Assembly: GCA_963801865.1 (NCBI GenBank)
Contig: CAWDGY010000008.1
Location: forward strand, 30,440-94,439
Reading direction: 5' to 3'
DNA length: 64,000 nucleotides
Source of the DNA: an uncultured Gammaproteobacteria bacterium
GTDB lineage: Bacteria > Pseudomonadota > Gammaproteobacteria > Steroidobacterales > Steroidobacteraceae
Translations under genes and position numbers: made by a program
Shown: in pieces, positions 9,458 to 19,876 of the stretch
Layout: each line of letters starts with the position of its first letter
How positions within the stretch are numbered: position 1 is the first letter of the stretch
The notes under the pieces: model-generated
Databases searched by the model: none
Seen by the model: the letters and a program-made list of their open reading frames with translations, nothing else
What the model was told of the DNA's origin: nothing

Positions 9458-11407
9458 TTACGCGGCAGCGCCCATCTCGACCAGCTGAATCCTGCGATCG
9501 GCGGCCGCCGTTTCAAATTCGGTGTTGATCACGGTCAGCTCCCGTGCATCGCGGGCGGTCACGGCGCTGATCAAACAGGCTCGATCGCGGCCACGTCGCT
9601 TGGCTTCGTACAGGGCTTTATCGACCAGGCCAATGGCGCTATCCAATGAAATCTGCGTTTCGGATCCGGCCATTGGAAAGCACGCGTATCCGATGGAAAT
9701 GGTGCATTGAATGGTCTGCCCTCTCCACAGCACAGGGTCGCGGCGCATGGCGTTCAGAAGCCTTGCGACGGTCTGGTCGGCCTGCTGAGGCGTGATCGGA
9801 TCGAGAATGGCGAGGAATTCCTCACCACCCCAACGCACCAGCTTATCGCTTTCGCGCAGCGCCGCAGAGAGCCGATGACTGACCGTTGCCAGCACCGCAT
9901 CTCCCGCCTGGTGTCCCAACGTGTCGTTGATTCGCTTGAAATGATCGAGATCCGCCAGCAGGACGCAACCTCCAACCGGGCGTGCACCTTCGACGCTCAG
10001 TACATGTTCATTGAAATAGCGACGATTGCGAAGTCCCGTCAGCGCGTCACGTTCGCTGTTGAAGCGCAGACGATCGTTGGCCTTCCTCACGCGGCTGAAT
10101 GCCCAAAAGAGCGCGCCGCAAATGCACGTCACGAACAATGCCCCGGCCAGAATGAGTTGCTGCCGCAAATGCTGCGCGTGCATCTCCGCCGCGTTGAGCT
10201 CATTGTCGCGCCGCAAGAGTTCGAGCTCGCGCGCCTTGCGTTCGTCCTCGAATCTTGCCGACAGCTCGAGAAAGGCGCGCTGACGGGTGTTCGTCATGGT
10301 CTTCTCGCTGACCTCGTCATACCGATGATAGACCTGAATGGCCATCATCAAATACCCGGCGTGCTCGAGGGCATCGGCGTATTCGCGCAGGAGTTCCTGG
10401 GCGTCCAGCAGGTTGTTGCCGGCAACGGCTTCGCCTATGGCGCTCTCCGCCAATTTTTCTCCCGGCTTTATATTGCCGAGGCCGATGTAGGCGAGGCCTT
10501 CGTTGAATAAGACGATCGTCTCGTCACCACTTTCACGCCGTTTCAAGACGAGCGGTAGCGCCAGTTTGGAGTACTTGAGCGATTCAGCGAAGTCGCGGGT
10601 CTTGAGGTACGAATCACCCAGATTGAGGAGCGCATGCGCCAGCCATTTATTGCTTCCCGCGCGCCTGGCGTGCTCGAGCGCAGCGACGCTGGCACGGCGC
10701 TCCGCGACCCGATCCCCTCGCTGATCAGCGATGGCAGAGACGCAAACTTCGATTTCGACGAGCGCCGTCTCGTCGCCGAGCATCATTGCCAGGCGTCGAG
10801 CGGTCTCCAACTGAGCGGACGCGCTCTCCAAATTGCCGGTATTCGTGTAGATGCGAGCCAACCACAACATGGCGTGCAGGACGCGTCGATCATCGTGCAT
10901 CTCGTGCGCGATATCCAAACCACTCTCCAGAAACGGCAACGCAGCCTCGGCCTGACCGAGCGTACGCAGGGTGTTGCCGCGCAGAATCGAGAAGCGATAG
11001 CGCTCGGCGTGCGTGGCGATCGAGTCGATCTCGACGCCGTTGAGCTCGGCGCTCGCGGCTGCATATTGGTCATGCTGATAGAGTGAGTACGCCCTAACAT
11101 AGTGCACTGCCAGGGCGGCGGACTCATCGCCCTCCCGGGCAAGCGTCTGCAGACGGGTGATCGTTGCATCGACGTCCGAATCCCGGCGCACGTCGACATA
11201 CACCATGCCGCGCACTTCGAGCATTTGGACCTCGGAAGCTCGATTTTCAGCGGCTGTCGATCCGGTGTCGGCAATTTCGGCCGCACGCTCGGGATCGGAC
11301 CAGTCGAGCATCTCGATCCGGTCGACCAGAGTTTGCTCGGCGGAGGCCCCCGCCGCGGCCGACCACCCGATGACAGCGGCCAGTGCGATTTTTCGAAAAT
11401 GCCGCAT
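9458..11407 (-). CDS. TPR-repeat periplasmic sensor diguanylate cyclase (GGDEF)
   Basis: Start moved to the ATG at 11407 (MRHFRKIALAAVIGWSAAAGASA, a signal peptide). TPR-like repeats, one TM segment (LILAGALFVTCICGALFWAF), then RDALTGLRNRRYF and an RESD I-site five residues before GGEEF. Confidence 0.88.
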   Translation of the reverse strand: MRHFRKIALAAVIGWSAAAGASAEQTLVDRIEMLDWSDPERAAEIADTGSTAAENRASEVQMLEVRGMVYVDVRRDSDVDATITRLQTLAREGDESAALAVHYVRAYSLYQHDQYAAASAELNGVEIDSIATHAERYRFSILRGNTLRTLGQAEAALPFLESGLDIAHEMHDDRRVLHAMLWLARIYTNTGNLESASAQLETARRLAMMLGDETALVEIEVCVSAIADQRGDRVAERRASVAALEHARRAGSNKWLAHALLNLGDSYLKTRDFAESLKYSKLALPLVLKRRESGDETIVLFNEGLAYIGLGNIKPGEKLAESAIGEAVAGNNLLDAQELLREYADALEHAGYLMMAIQVYHRYDEVSEKTMTNTRQRAFLELSARFEDERKARELELLRRDNELNAAEMHAQHLRQQLILAGALFVTCICGALFWAFSRVRKANDRLRFNSERDALTGLRNRRYFNEHVLSVEGARPVGGCVLLADLDHFKRINDTLGHQAGDAVLATVSHRLSAALRESDKLVRWGGEEFLAILDPITPQQADQTVARLLNAMRRDPVLWRGQTIQCTISIGYACFPMAGSETQISLDSAIGLVDKALYEAKRRGRDRACLISAVTARDARELTVINTEFETAAADRRIQLVEMGAAA

Positions 11408-11634
11408 ACCCGGTAACATCCAGTCTGCAGTGCAGCGCCCAGTATGACATTGTGCTCGCGCCCGGTGACGGCACGGCGTGATGGAGGTCATCTACCGATG
11501 TTTTGAGGCGGAATTCCTGGCGGTGCGATATGTCGCATCCCGGCGCTCCGAGGGGATGCGTATCACCGAATCCTACACAGGGAAATCTACTGCCACGTGG
11601 AGGTGGGGAGCAGTTCTCAGCGGCACGGCGTCGG

Positions 11635-13179
11635 TCAGAGTGCATTGAGGAATGCGACCAGATCCTCTTTTTGCTCCTCCGTCAAATTCATCTGAAACCG
11701 CTGATTGTAGAAATTCACGAGCTCATGCAAGTTGGCGGCGGCGCCGTTATGGAAATACGGAGCGCGGGCTGCAAGTCCACGCAGAATCGGGCCTTTGCCG
11801 CGGTTGAAGTCGCTGCACAGCCCGGAGATGAGCGCCTTGCCGAGGTCGGTCGTGTAGAACGATTCCGGCTCTCCCGGTTGGAAAGGATTCGAGCAGCCGC
11901 TGATGAGATAGACCGGGAGGTCTGGCATCGAAAGCTCCGCAAGCCCCGCAGCGATGTTCGGATCAGACTCGACGCCCGGCAGCACCGAGTGCGCGGTACC
12001 GATATCGAGCGGCAGCGGAAACGAGTGGTTTCCGATGTTCGGGGTGTCGTGGCACGTGGTGCAAGTGCCCGTAAACGTAGGGGGATCGCCGAGCGTGGCA
12101 TTGTCATTCAAGCCTCGGACGTTGGAGATCTGCACCGGCGCGCTATTGAAGAGCGCTGCGCCGGCTGCGATCTTCTGTCGCTGCGCGTCCAGGCGCGCTC
12201 CGTTCCCCTCGTCATCGCTCAGATTCGACCACGCGGCAAACATCGTCATGGATGTCGGGTTGAAGGCCGCACCGTCTGGGTCCGCGCCCAAGGAGTCGTT
12301 GATTCCCGGGTAATACAGCTCGCCGGCAACATTAACGGGTCCTCCATACGCGCCGTGCGCATTGAGCGCCCCCGCGCCCGCGTCATAGACCTGCGCGCTA
12401 AACAAGCCCAGCTCGAATCGTACGATGTCCGCGAGCTGGCCCGCTTGTGGAGGCTGGGCCGCCTGCGCGTGAATGCTGATCGCATCGAGTGCCTGCTGGA
12501 TGAGATCCGTGTTCAGGTTTGCAAGGAAGGTATGGCCGTTGTTGAGCGGCGCGTGCGTTTCGCGGCCGTCGAACATGATGGTGCTCAGGAAATTGAGATT
12601 GGTCGTCGGCAGTGGCCGCCGGTACACGGAGATGACAGGCTGGCTGCCATTGAGGCCCGGCAGCAGCGCGCATCCATAGGGGTCGTGCACCACCGATACG
12701 GTGAACTGCGCATTCACCGGGAGCGGGAGGAAGATACGGATCAGCCCATGCCCCAAAAGTAAACTATGGTCCGCAGCATTGCCGGTGCGGGCGTTCGGGC
12801 AGTTTGCACCGTCAACCGCGGCAAACAACGGGTCCTTGCCCCTGGTTTGCGAAAATCGAAGCTGGATTCCACTCGTGCTCAGGCTCATGGCTTGGCTTGC
12901 AACGTGGCAGGTCGCGCACGTGCGACCGTTCGTTCCGAGGCTTTGAAAGAACGCGCCCTGTTCGTTGACCGGCCCATTGACGTCCAGGGTTCCGATGATG
13001 CCGGTGCGATCGAAGAAGAGCTGTAGGCCCTGCGGCGCTGCGTCGGGCAGGTCCGCGCGAGCTTCGCCGCAGACCGCGGCACCCGCCATTGCGAGCGCGA
13101 CGATTGCCGCCGGTGCGTGGGGAGGGATTGGCCGGAATCGCGTTTTCAGGTGCCGAATGAGAGACGCAGTGTGATTCAT
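11635..13179 (-). CDS. Di-haem cytochrome c peroxidase family protein
   Basis: Start moved to the ATG at 13179 (MNHTASL..., with signal-like AIVALAMAGAAVCGEARA). Two CxxCH motifs (CATCH, CTTCH). CCP-type tail APYFHNGAAANLHELVNFY and LTEEQKEDLVAFLNAL. Confidence 0.8.
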   Translation of the reverse strand: MNHTASLIRHLKTRFRPIPPHAPAAIVALAMAGAAVCGEARADLPDAAPQGLQLFFDRTGIIGTLDVNGPVNEQGAFFQSLGTNGRTCATCHVASQAMSLSTSGIQLRFSQTRGKDPLFAAVDGANCPNARTGNAADHSLLLGHGLIRIFLPLPVNAQFTVSVVHDPYGCALLPGLNGSQPVISVYRRPLPTTNLNFLSTIMFDGRETHAPLNNGHTFLANLNTDLIQQALDAISIHAQAAQPPQAGQLADIVRFELGLFSAQVYDAGAGALNAHGAYGGPVNVAGELYYPGINDSLGADPDGAAFNPTSMTMFAAWSNLSDDEGNGARLDAQRQKIAAGAALFNSAPVQISNVRGLNDNATLGDPPTFTGTCTTCHDTPNIGNHSFPLPLDIGTAHSVLPGVESDPNIAAGLAELSMPDLPVYLISGCSNPFQPGEPESFYTTDLGKALISGLCSDFNRGKGPILRGLAARAPYFHNGAAANLHELVNFYNQRFQMNLTEEQKEDLVAFLNAL

Positions 13180-13379
13180 GGAAGTTATTCTCGAATGGCT
13201 GTTCGGGTCCCTGCGCAAGAAATCGGAATCGGCCGCCCAAAACTGACATGGAAGCGGCGAGGGTTGCCGCACTGCGGCGATGCGTCGGATGTGACATATT
13301 GCGGGTGCCCCGGTCGCGGCTGCGGGTTGCGGCGTCGTTCTCGATTCGGCATGCTGAAGCGACTGCGTGGAGTGCGTAC

Positions 13380-13934
13380 ATGGGGATTGAGCTGCCGGTA
13401 ATCGCGGACCAGGTGCCCGATGCGACCGATGTCGCCAAGAATCGGCAGCTGTTCGCCTCGCTGTACAGCGATCTCAGGCGGCTGGCGGAGCATCAATTGC
13501 GGCGCAGCGAAGCTCAATTCGTCAGCCCGACGACGCTGCTCCATGAAGCGTACATCGGAATGTCCGATCGCGGGGCACATTTCCCCGATCGGGAAAGATT
13601 CATGGGATATGCAGCGCGAGTGATGCGTGGCCTCATCATCGATCTCGTGCGTGAGCGGTGCGCGCTCAAGCGCGGCGGGGCTTATCACATCACCCAACTA
13701 CCCACGGAGGTCGAGGAATCGGCAGAGAATGCAACCGACCTGGCGCGGTTGTCGGACGCACTCGATGAGCTTGCGATCCGCGATCCGCGCCTTGCCGGGG
13801 TGGTGGACCTCAAGTATTTCTGCGGCTTCACATTTGAAGAGATCGCCGCGCAGCGGGGGACCTCGGTGCGCACCGTCATCCGCGACTGGGAGAAGGCTCG
13901 CCTGATTCTCTTCAGAGGATTGAACGAGAGTTAG
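13380..13934 (+). CDS. ECF-type sigma-70 factor (TIGR02999 / kinase-associated ECF group)
   Basis: Start moved to the ATG at 13380 (MGIELPV...). Region 2 ...TTLLHEAYIGM... and region 4 HTH DLKYFCGFTFEEIAAQRGTSVRTVIRDWEKARLIL. A Ser/Thr kinase gene lies immediately downstream, as is typical for this ECF group. Confidence 0.85.
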   Translation: MGIELPVIADQVPDATDVAKNRQLFASLYSDLRRLAEHQLRRSEAQFVSPTTLLHEAYIGMSDRGAHFPDRERFMGYAARVMRGLIIDLVRERCALKRGGAYHITQLPTEVEESAENATDLARLSDALDELAIRDPRLAGVVDLKYFCGFTFEEIAAQRGTSVRTVIRDWEKARLILFRGLNES

Positions 13935-14010
13935 CGCCGCCGTAGCGGCGAATGACGTGTTTTCAGTTGAATTTCCGATTTAAACCATGGGAACGTCCAC
14001 GAGGAGCCCG

Positions 14011-16706
14011 ATGCAGGATTTATCGGAGGAGCAATGGCGTTCGTTCAGCGATAACCTCGACCACGCCCTTGAGTTGCCGGAGTCGGAACGTGCGCCATGG
14101 CTTGCCGCGCTCGCATCCACGCACCCGGACATCGCCGCAGAGATTGAGCGGTCGCTTGCAGGGCGCGACCGCCAGGGATATGCCGAGTTCCTCTCCGACT
14201 CTCCATTTCCGAGCGCCCAGATCACCGCAGCGACCCTCATCGGACGCCCTGTCGGCCCCTACGTCATCGAATCCGAGATCGGTCGGGGCGGCATGGGCAG
14301 CGTATGGCGGGCGCGCCGAGCCGACGGACGATTCGAGGGTACGGTCGCGATCAAGTTCGTCCATCCCTACTGGCTCGGTCGGGCCGGAGAGGAACGATTC
14401 CGCAGCGAAGGACGAATGCTCGGCAGGCTGGATCATCCCAATATCGCTCGCCTCATCGATGCCGGAGTCATCGACGATTCGCAACCCTACCTCGTGCTCG
14501 AGTACGTCGAGGGCGAGCCGATCGACTCGTACTGCGACCGTCGGGCACTTGGCCTCGAGGCGCGGGTCGCGCTGTTCCAGGGCGTCCTTGCCGCGGTTGG
14601 CCACGCGCACAGCCATCTCGTCATTCATCGCGACTTGAAGCCGGCCAACGTCTTCGTCACCCGCGAAGGGATCGTCAAACTACTCGACTTTGGAGTCGCA
14701 AAGCTGCTCACTCAGGACGGCGGCGCCGCACTCACGCAAACGAGCGAACAGGCATTGACTCCACAGTATGCGGCGCCGGAGCAGCTTTTGGGCCGGCCCG
14801 TTACCACGGCAACCGACGTGTACGCGCTCGGCCTCGTGCTCTACGTGCTTCTGACCGGTACACATCCGGTCGGCCCGCGGCGCGCGCTCTACGCCCGAGC
14901 TGATCCATGCCGTCCTCAAGGAGGAAGCGCCCCGTGCCTCGACGGTCGCGAGCGCGCCAATCTCGAGGCGCCGCGCGCTCGAAGGTGACCTCGACACCAT
15001 TCTTGGCAAGGCGCTCAAAAAGGACCCCGCCGAGCGTTACGCGTCCGTCGGGGCTTTCGCGGAGGACCTGCGGCGCTTCCTTTCCCACGAGCCGATCAGC
15101 GCCCGGCCCGACACGGTGCCCTATCGGGTAGCGAAATTCGTGCGTCGTAACCGAGGCAGCGTCGTTTCAGGCCTGCTCGTCGCCATCGGTCTCATCGCCA
15201 CGAGCGCATTCGCTCTCAGTCAGATGCAGTCGGCGCGTGCCCAGCGCGACCGCGCACTCGAAGAGGCGAAGCGGGCAAATGCACAAGCCGATCTCACGCA
15301 ATACATTTTGGACGATAAATCGAGCAGGCTCTCCCCCGCCGCGGAGAGTCAGCGCCTCGATCGTGCGCGCCAATTTCTCGCAGCTCGATTTCGCAACGAC
15401 CCGCTTCTGGCGGCACGGCTCCTGATCGACGTGTCAGGCCGCTATATCGATATTGGTGATTTTCGGACCGCGGCCGACGTCGCCGTAGAGGCGGGGAACA
15501 TCGGACACCGCTTCGACGATGCGGATATTTTGGGACAACTCGCCTGCATTCGCACGGAAGATCTCGCCATCGCCCGCGATTTCACGGCGGCGCGCGCTCA
15601 GCTCGCGCAGGGCCTTGCGCAAATGCGCCGGCTGGATCCGGTACCTCCGGGCATTGAGGCGGAGTGCTCTACCGCCGAAGCCTTCGTCGCGCAGGAGGAA
15701 GGCGAATTCGCACGCGCCGTCGACGGCCTGCGCACGACCATTGCGGATCTCGATCGAGCGGGAATGCATGGATCGTCCCGCTATCTCGCCACCTCGAATG
15801 ATCTCGCGCGCGCGCTGCTGATCGCAGGGCAGTACCGTGAGGCGTGGGAGGTCGGCCGCCGCAACGTGGCACTGGGGAGCGAGATGGGGCGTGCGGACAC
15901 CGGATGCTTACCTCGCCTATGTCAACGGCGTGTGCTCCGCCCTGCGCAATGGGGGGCAGCCGGGCAGAGCGGTTGCGTACATTGATGCCGGCACCACCAA
16001 GCTGCGACACGATGCAGGCTATGCCGATATGGGTATCAGCAGCGAGAGCTGCTGGGCCCTGTCTCGCCTCGACAGGGGCGAACCTCAACAGGCGGAGCCC
16101 GCCATCCTCGAGGCGGCGACCAGAGCGGAGCAGGGTGGCATCACGTATCAGGCGGCGCTCTTGCGCGCGTCGGCCGTGATCGCCGCCCTTGCGCGCGCGG
16201 ACCTTGCCACGGCGGAGATCCGCTGGGCTCAGCTCCTGCCGGATGAAGAGCACCGGCTCGCCGTGAACGAGAAGGGGATCGAGGTCGTCCGCCTGCTGTT
16301 GGTGAGCGCACGGCTCGACATGGCCCGACACCGACCCGATGAGGCTTTGAAATCGCTCGAGCGTGCCGGGGCGTTGATCGCGTCGCGCCGCCAGAGGACC
16401 AACCCCGATGCACGCGAGTTGGAAGCGCTGCGAAGCTCGGCCTTGTTGGCAACGCAGCGTTACGTCGAAGCCGCACAGCACGCGCAAGCGGCGCTCGAAC
16501 TCGCGCGGACCGGCGCAATCGATCCCAACTCTTCGTCATGGATCGGCGAGGCACTCGTGCTCCGCGCACGCGCCGAAGCGGCAGCCGGTCGCAAAGCCGC
16601 CTCGGGAACCGCCCAGGAGGCATTGACCCACCTCGTGGCGAATCTTGATCCCACGCATCCGCTCATTGCACAAGCGCGAGAGATCGCATCCAGTCCCGGG
16701 CCGTAA
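14011..16706 (+). pseudogene. Ser/Thr protein kinase with TM segment and C-terminal TPR-like domain, interrupted by two +1 frameshifts
   Basis: Listed ORFs 13987-14988, 15116-15985 and 15837-16706 are consecutive pieces of one kinase. Piece 1 carries GRGGMGSVW, AIK, HRDLKPANV, DFG and APE. The expected continuation STPELIHAVL...GDLDTILGKALKKDPAERYAS...ARPDTVPYRVAKFVRRNRG is open in frame 2 from about 14882. A second shift to frame 0 occurs near 15890-15905 (..SEMGRAD / PDAYLAYVNG..). The likely start is the ATG at 14011, 5 nt after a GGAG. Confidence 0.8.
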
Positions 16707-16836
16707 GCCGTCAAGACAGGACCGCTCCTTGCCGGCTTCGAGCGTGATCGCCGGATTACGGAAGGCGAAGATCGTCGCATCAAGTGTTACCCTTGTATCT
16801 GGAAACGCCACCACCGGATAGGACTGCAGGTCAACA

Positions 16837-19821
16837 ATGCAGACGATCGAATCTGTGCGACGGCGTTTTCTGCTCACGGTATTCGTCGTCTCCGGATTCA
16901 CAGGACTGATTTACGAGTCCATCTGGTCGCACTACCTCAAACTCTTCCTCGGGCATGCCGCGTACGCCCAGACTCTGGTGCTCGCCATCTTCATGGGAGG
17001 GATGGCGCTTGGATCCTGGGCGGTTGCGCACTACTCCTTGCGCATCCGCCAGCTCCTTTGGGCCTACGTTCTGGTCGAGGGGCTGATCGGGATACTGGGC
17101 CTCTTCTTTCATGAAACGTTCGTCGCCGCCGTCAATTTCTCATTTGCCTCGGTAATACCCGCGCTTTCCGGCGCGTTCTCGATTCAAGTCTACAAATGGT
17201 CCCTGGCCGCTCTTCTCATCCTTCCGCAGTCCGTGCTGCTGGGCATGACCTTTCCGTTGATCAGCGGCGCTCTCATTCGCCGCTGGCCCGATCAGCCGGG
17301 CAAGACCCTCGCCACCCTCTATTTCACGAACAGCCTGGGCGCAGCGATCGGGGTTCTGGTCAGTGGATTCGTGCTGATTAGCGCCGTCGGCCTTCCAGGA
17401 ACCATCCGCACCGCCGGGCTGCTGAACATCGTCATGGCTTTGGCGATCTGGGCGATCGTTCGCGGGCGCACCGAGCCCCCGGCCGCGATTCTGTCCGCCT
17501 CCGCACCGTCTCCGGGGCAAGACCGGTTGACCGGATGGTTCACGGTCGCGGCATTGCTGACCGGCACGGCGTCATTCATGTACGAATTGGGCTGGATCCG
17601 CATGCTGAGCCTGGTCCTCGGCAGCTCGACGCATTCGTTCGAGCTGATGCTCAGCGCGTTCATCTTCGGTCTGGCATTCGGCGGATTGTATGTACGGCGG
17701 GGCATCGAGCGAATCCGCGATCCAGCGGCTTACGTGGCCCAAATCATGGTTGTGACGGGTGCCTTGGCCGCTCTGACCTTACCCGCTTACAACCTGACCT
17801 TTGATTTCATGGCGTGGTTCTTGGGCGTCTCACCCCGTACCGCCGCCGGCTATGCCGCGTTCAACGTCATCAGCCAACTGATCGCTGCGTTGATCATGAT
17901 TCCGGCGACGTTTTGCGCGGGAATGACCCTGCCCCTGCTGACGCGCGAACTCATGCGTCGCGGCATCGGCGAGCGGGCTATCGGCACGATCTATTCGGCA
18001 AACACGCTTGGCGCCATCGTCGGCGTGCTGCTCTCGATCCACGTGCTCATACCACTCGTTGGGATCAAGGGCGTCATTCTCGCAGGTGCCGCAATTCACT
18101 TGGGGTTGGGCCTGTCGCGCCTTCCTGCCGGCCGTCGTTTCCCGTCGCGAGCCTCAGCCATGGCAATGGCCGGGGCGGTGGCTGTGTACGGACTCGTCGT
18201 ATTCGTCGTGAATTTGGATCCCGTGAAGATGGCGTCCGGTGTGTACCGTACCGGATCCGCCGCGCTGCCGGACGGCGCGAGCGTCGCCTATCTGCGCGAC
18301 GGCAAGACTGCCACGATCAGTCTGGTGGAGTTGGCAGGCACGGTGACGATTGCCACCAATGGCAAGCCGGATGCGAGCATCCAAATGGGCCCGGGGGAAG
18401 CGACGATCGATGAGAGCACCATGGTGCTTGCCGCAGCGATTCCGCTCAGCATGCTTTCGCACCCGGCGCGCGTCGCGAACATCGGATTCGGATCGGGGCT
18501 CACGACTCATACGCTTCTGGGCACCCCGCTCGTGAAGCGGCTTGACTCGATCGAGATCGAGCCGCTGATGGTGGAGGCTGCGCGCAGGGGTTTTGGTCCT
18601 CGTATCCGGGACGTCTTCGAGGATCCGCGCAGCCACATTGTTTACGAGGATGCAAAGACCTTCTTTGCAAGCACGCGCGAGCCGTATGACCTGATCATCT
18701 CGGAACCGTCCAATCCCTGGGTGAGCGGAGTCGCAAGCCTGTTCTCGGACGAGTTTTACGCCCGTATCTCCCGCTATCTCTCTGCCGATGGGTACTTCGT
18801 GCAGTGGATGCAGGTTTATGAGACGAACGTGGGAGTCGTCGCGTCGGTCATGAAAGCGCTGGCGCCGCACTTCGGTGCGTACGCGCTCTACAATACGGAC
18901 GATGTCGATATTCTGATCGTTGCCACTCGCGGTACGGTGCTGCCGATTCCGGATGATCGCCTGCTTGAATCGCCGCAACTGCGCGCTGAGCTCGCGCGCG
19001 TCGGCGTGCAATCGGTCGCCGACATCCGGCGGCGAAAGATCGGCGATAACCTGACGATTGGTCCGTTGCTTCAGACGATGATGGTTCCGCCGAATTCGGA
19101 TTTCTTTCCCTATGTGGATCTCAATGCTCCGCGCCTGCGCTACATGCGTGAGACCGCGATCGGACTTCCCGCCCTCACCGTATTGCCGATGCCCTTCCTC
19201 GAATTGCTCGACGGTGAGGCACCGCGGTTTGCGACGGTCGAACCCGCGGCCAACAGCGCGCTATTTCGCGATCGTCTGGTGCGGCGGGCGCTGGACATTC
19301 GCCGCGCCGTGTCGAGTGAAAGTCTCGACGATTTGGATCCTCTCAGTGCGGCAAACCTGTGGCGAATTGACACGAATCGCAATGGGTGCGCTGCCGAGGC
19401 AACTCAAACCGCCTGGAAAAGTGCGGTACGTAACATCAGCGATGAAACGGCGGCGTATCTGACTTCGGCCGAGCTTGATGGCATCTGGAACAAGGTCATG
19501 TCGAGCGCCTGTTATCGGGATGTGACGGGTGAGCACAAAATGTGGGCGGATCTACTTGCGGCAGTCTCGCATCGGGACGCCCCGCAGATCGTGAAGTTCG
19601 GTACCGAGCTGCTGGGAGCACATCGGCCTGATTCGCAGGATGATCTCGCCTATCTCACGACCGTCACCGCGGCAGCACAGGTGGGGATGGGGGAGATTGC
19701 ACAAGCACGGAGCCTGCTGCAAGCGCAGTGGCCCCGGCTGAATCACCCCGGGCAATTCGATTTGGCACTGCGCGACCTGGTGGCGCTCACCCGATCGGTG
19801 CCACCACCGAAGCGGCCCTAA
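16837..19821 (+). CDS. Fused polytopic membrane domain / spermidine-synthase-like methyltransferase-fold protein with C-terminal helical domain
   Basis: About 450 aa of repeated hydrophobic helices. SAM-fold motif NIGFGSGLTTHTLL and YDLIISEPSNPWVSGVASLFSDEFY, typical of spermidine-synthase-like fusions. About 270 aa of unassigned C-terminus. Confidence 0.75.
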   Translation: MQTIESVRRRFLLTVFVVSGFTGLIYESIWSHYLKLFLGHAAYAQTLVLAIFMGGMALGSWAVAHYSLRIRQLLWAYVLVEGLIGILGLFFHETFVAAVNFSFASVIPALSGAFSIQVYKWSLAALLILPQSVLLGMTFPLISGALIRRWPDQPGKTLATLYFTNSLGAAIGVLVSGFVLISAVGLPGTIRTAGLLNIVMALAIWAIVRGRTEPPAAILSASAPSPGQDRLTGWFTVAALLTGTASFMYELGWIRMLSLVLGSSTHSFELMLSAFIFGLAFGGLYVRRGIERIRDPAAYVAQIMVVTGALAALTLPAYNLTFDFMAWFLGVSPRTAAGYAAFNVISQLIAALIMIPATFCAGMTLPLLTRELMRRGIGERAIGTIYSANTLGAIVGVLLSIHVLIPLVGIKGVILAGAAIHLGLGLSRLPAGRRFPSRASAMAMAGAVAVYGLVVFVVNLDPVKMASGVYRTGSAALPDGASVAYLRDGKTATISLVELAGTVTIATNGKPDASIQMGPGEATIDESTMVLAAAIPLSMLSHPARVANIGFGSGLTTHTLLGTPLVKRLDSIEIEPLMVEAARRGFGPRIRDVFEDPRSHIVYEDAKTFFASTREPYDLIISEPSNPWVSGVASLFSDEFYARISRYLSADGYFVQWMQVYETNVGVVASVMKALAPHFGAYALYNTDDVDILIVATRGTVLPIPDDRLLESPQLRAELARVGVQSVADIRRRKIGDNLTIGPLLQTMMVPPNSDFFPYVDLNAPRLRYMRETAIGLPALTVLPMPFLELLDGEAPRFATVEPAANSALFRDRLVRRALDIRRAVSSESLDDLDPLSAANLWRIDTNRNGCAAEATQTAWKSAVRNISDETAAYLTSAELDGIWNKVMSSACYRDVTGEHKMWADLLAAVSHRDAPQIVKFGTELLGAHRPDSQDDLAYLTTVTAAAQVGMGEIAQARSLLQAQWPRLNHPGQFDLALRDLVALTRSVPPPKRP

Positions 19822-19841
19822 ACGAACCGATTCGAACGAAA

Positions 19842-19872
19842 TTCCATCGCCGATGCACAACGCGCGATGGAA
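19842..19872 (-). terminator. Candidate intrinsic terminator after the TonB-dependent receptor gene
   Basis: 9-bp inverted repeat TTCCATCGC / GCGATGGAA (19842-19850 and 19864-19872). On the minus strand it is followed by TTTCGTTCG and begins 5 nt after the receptor stop codon. Confidence 0.45.
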
Positions 19873-19876
19873 ATCA

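Noticed and set aside
11503-12762. 419-aa ORF on the plus strand
   Set aside because: It is antisense to the di-haem peroxidase gene, which has two CxxCH motifs and the CCP tail. The composition is Arg-rich and shows no motifs.
13935-13950. Hairpin CGCCGC-CGTA-GCGGCG between the sigma and kinase genes as a terminator
   Set aside because: The stem is only 6 bp, the T-run is displaced by about 10 nt, and the two genes are expected to be co-transcribed.
14860-15910. Programmed ribosomal frameshifting as the explanation for the split kinase
   Set aside because: Neither junction has an XXXYYYZ slippery heptamer or an obvious downstream structure. Two independent +1 events in one gene fit mutation or sequence error better. 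It is reported as a pseudogene pending read-level verification.
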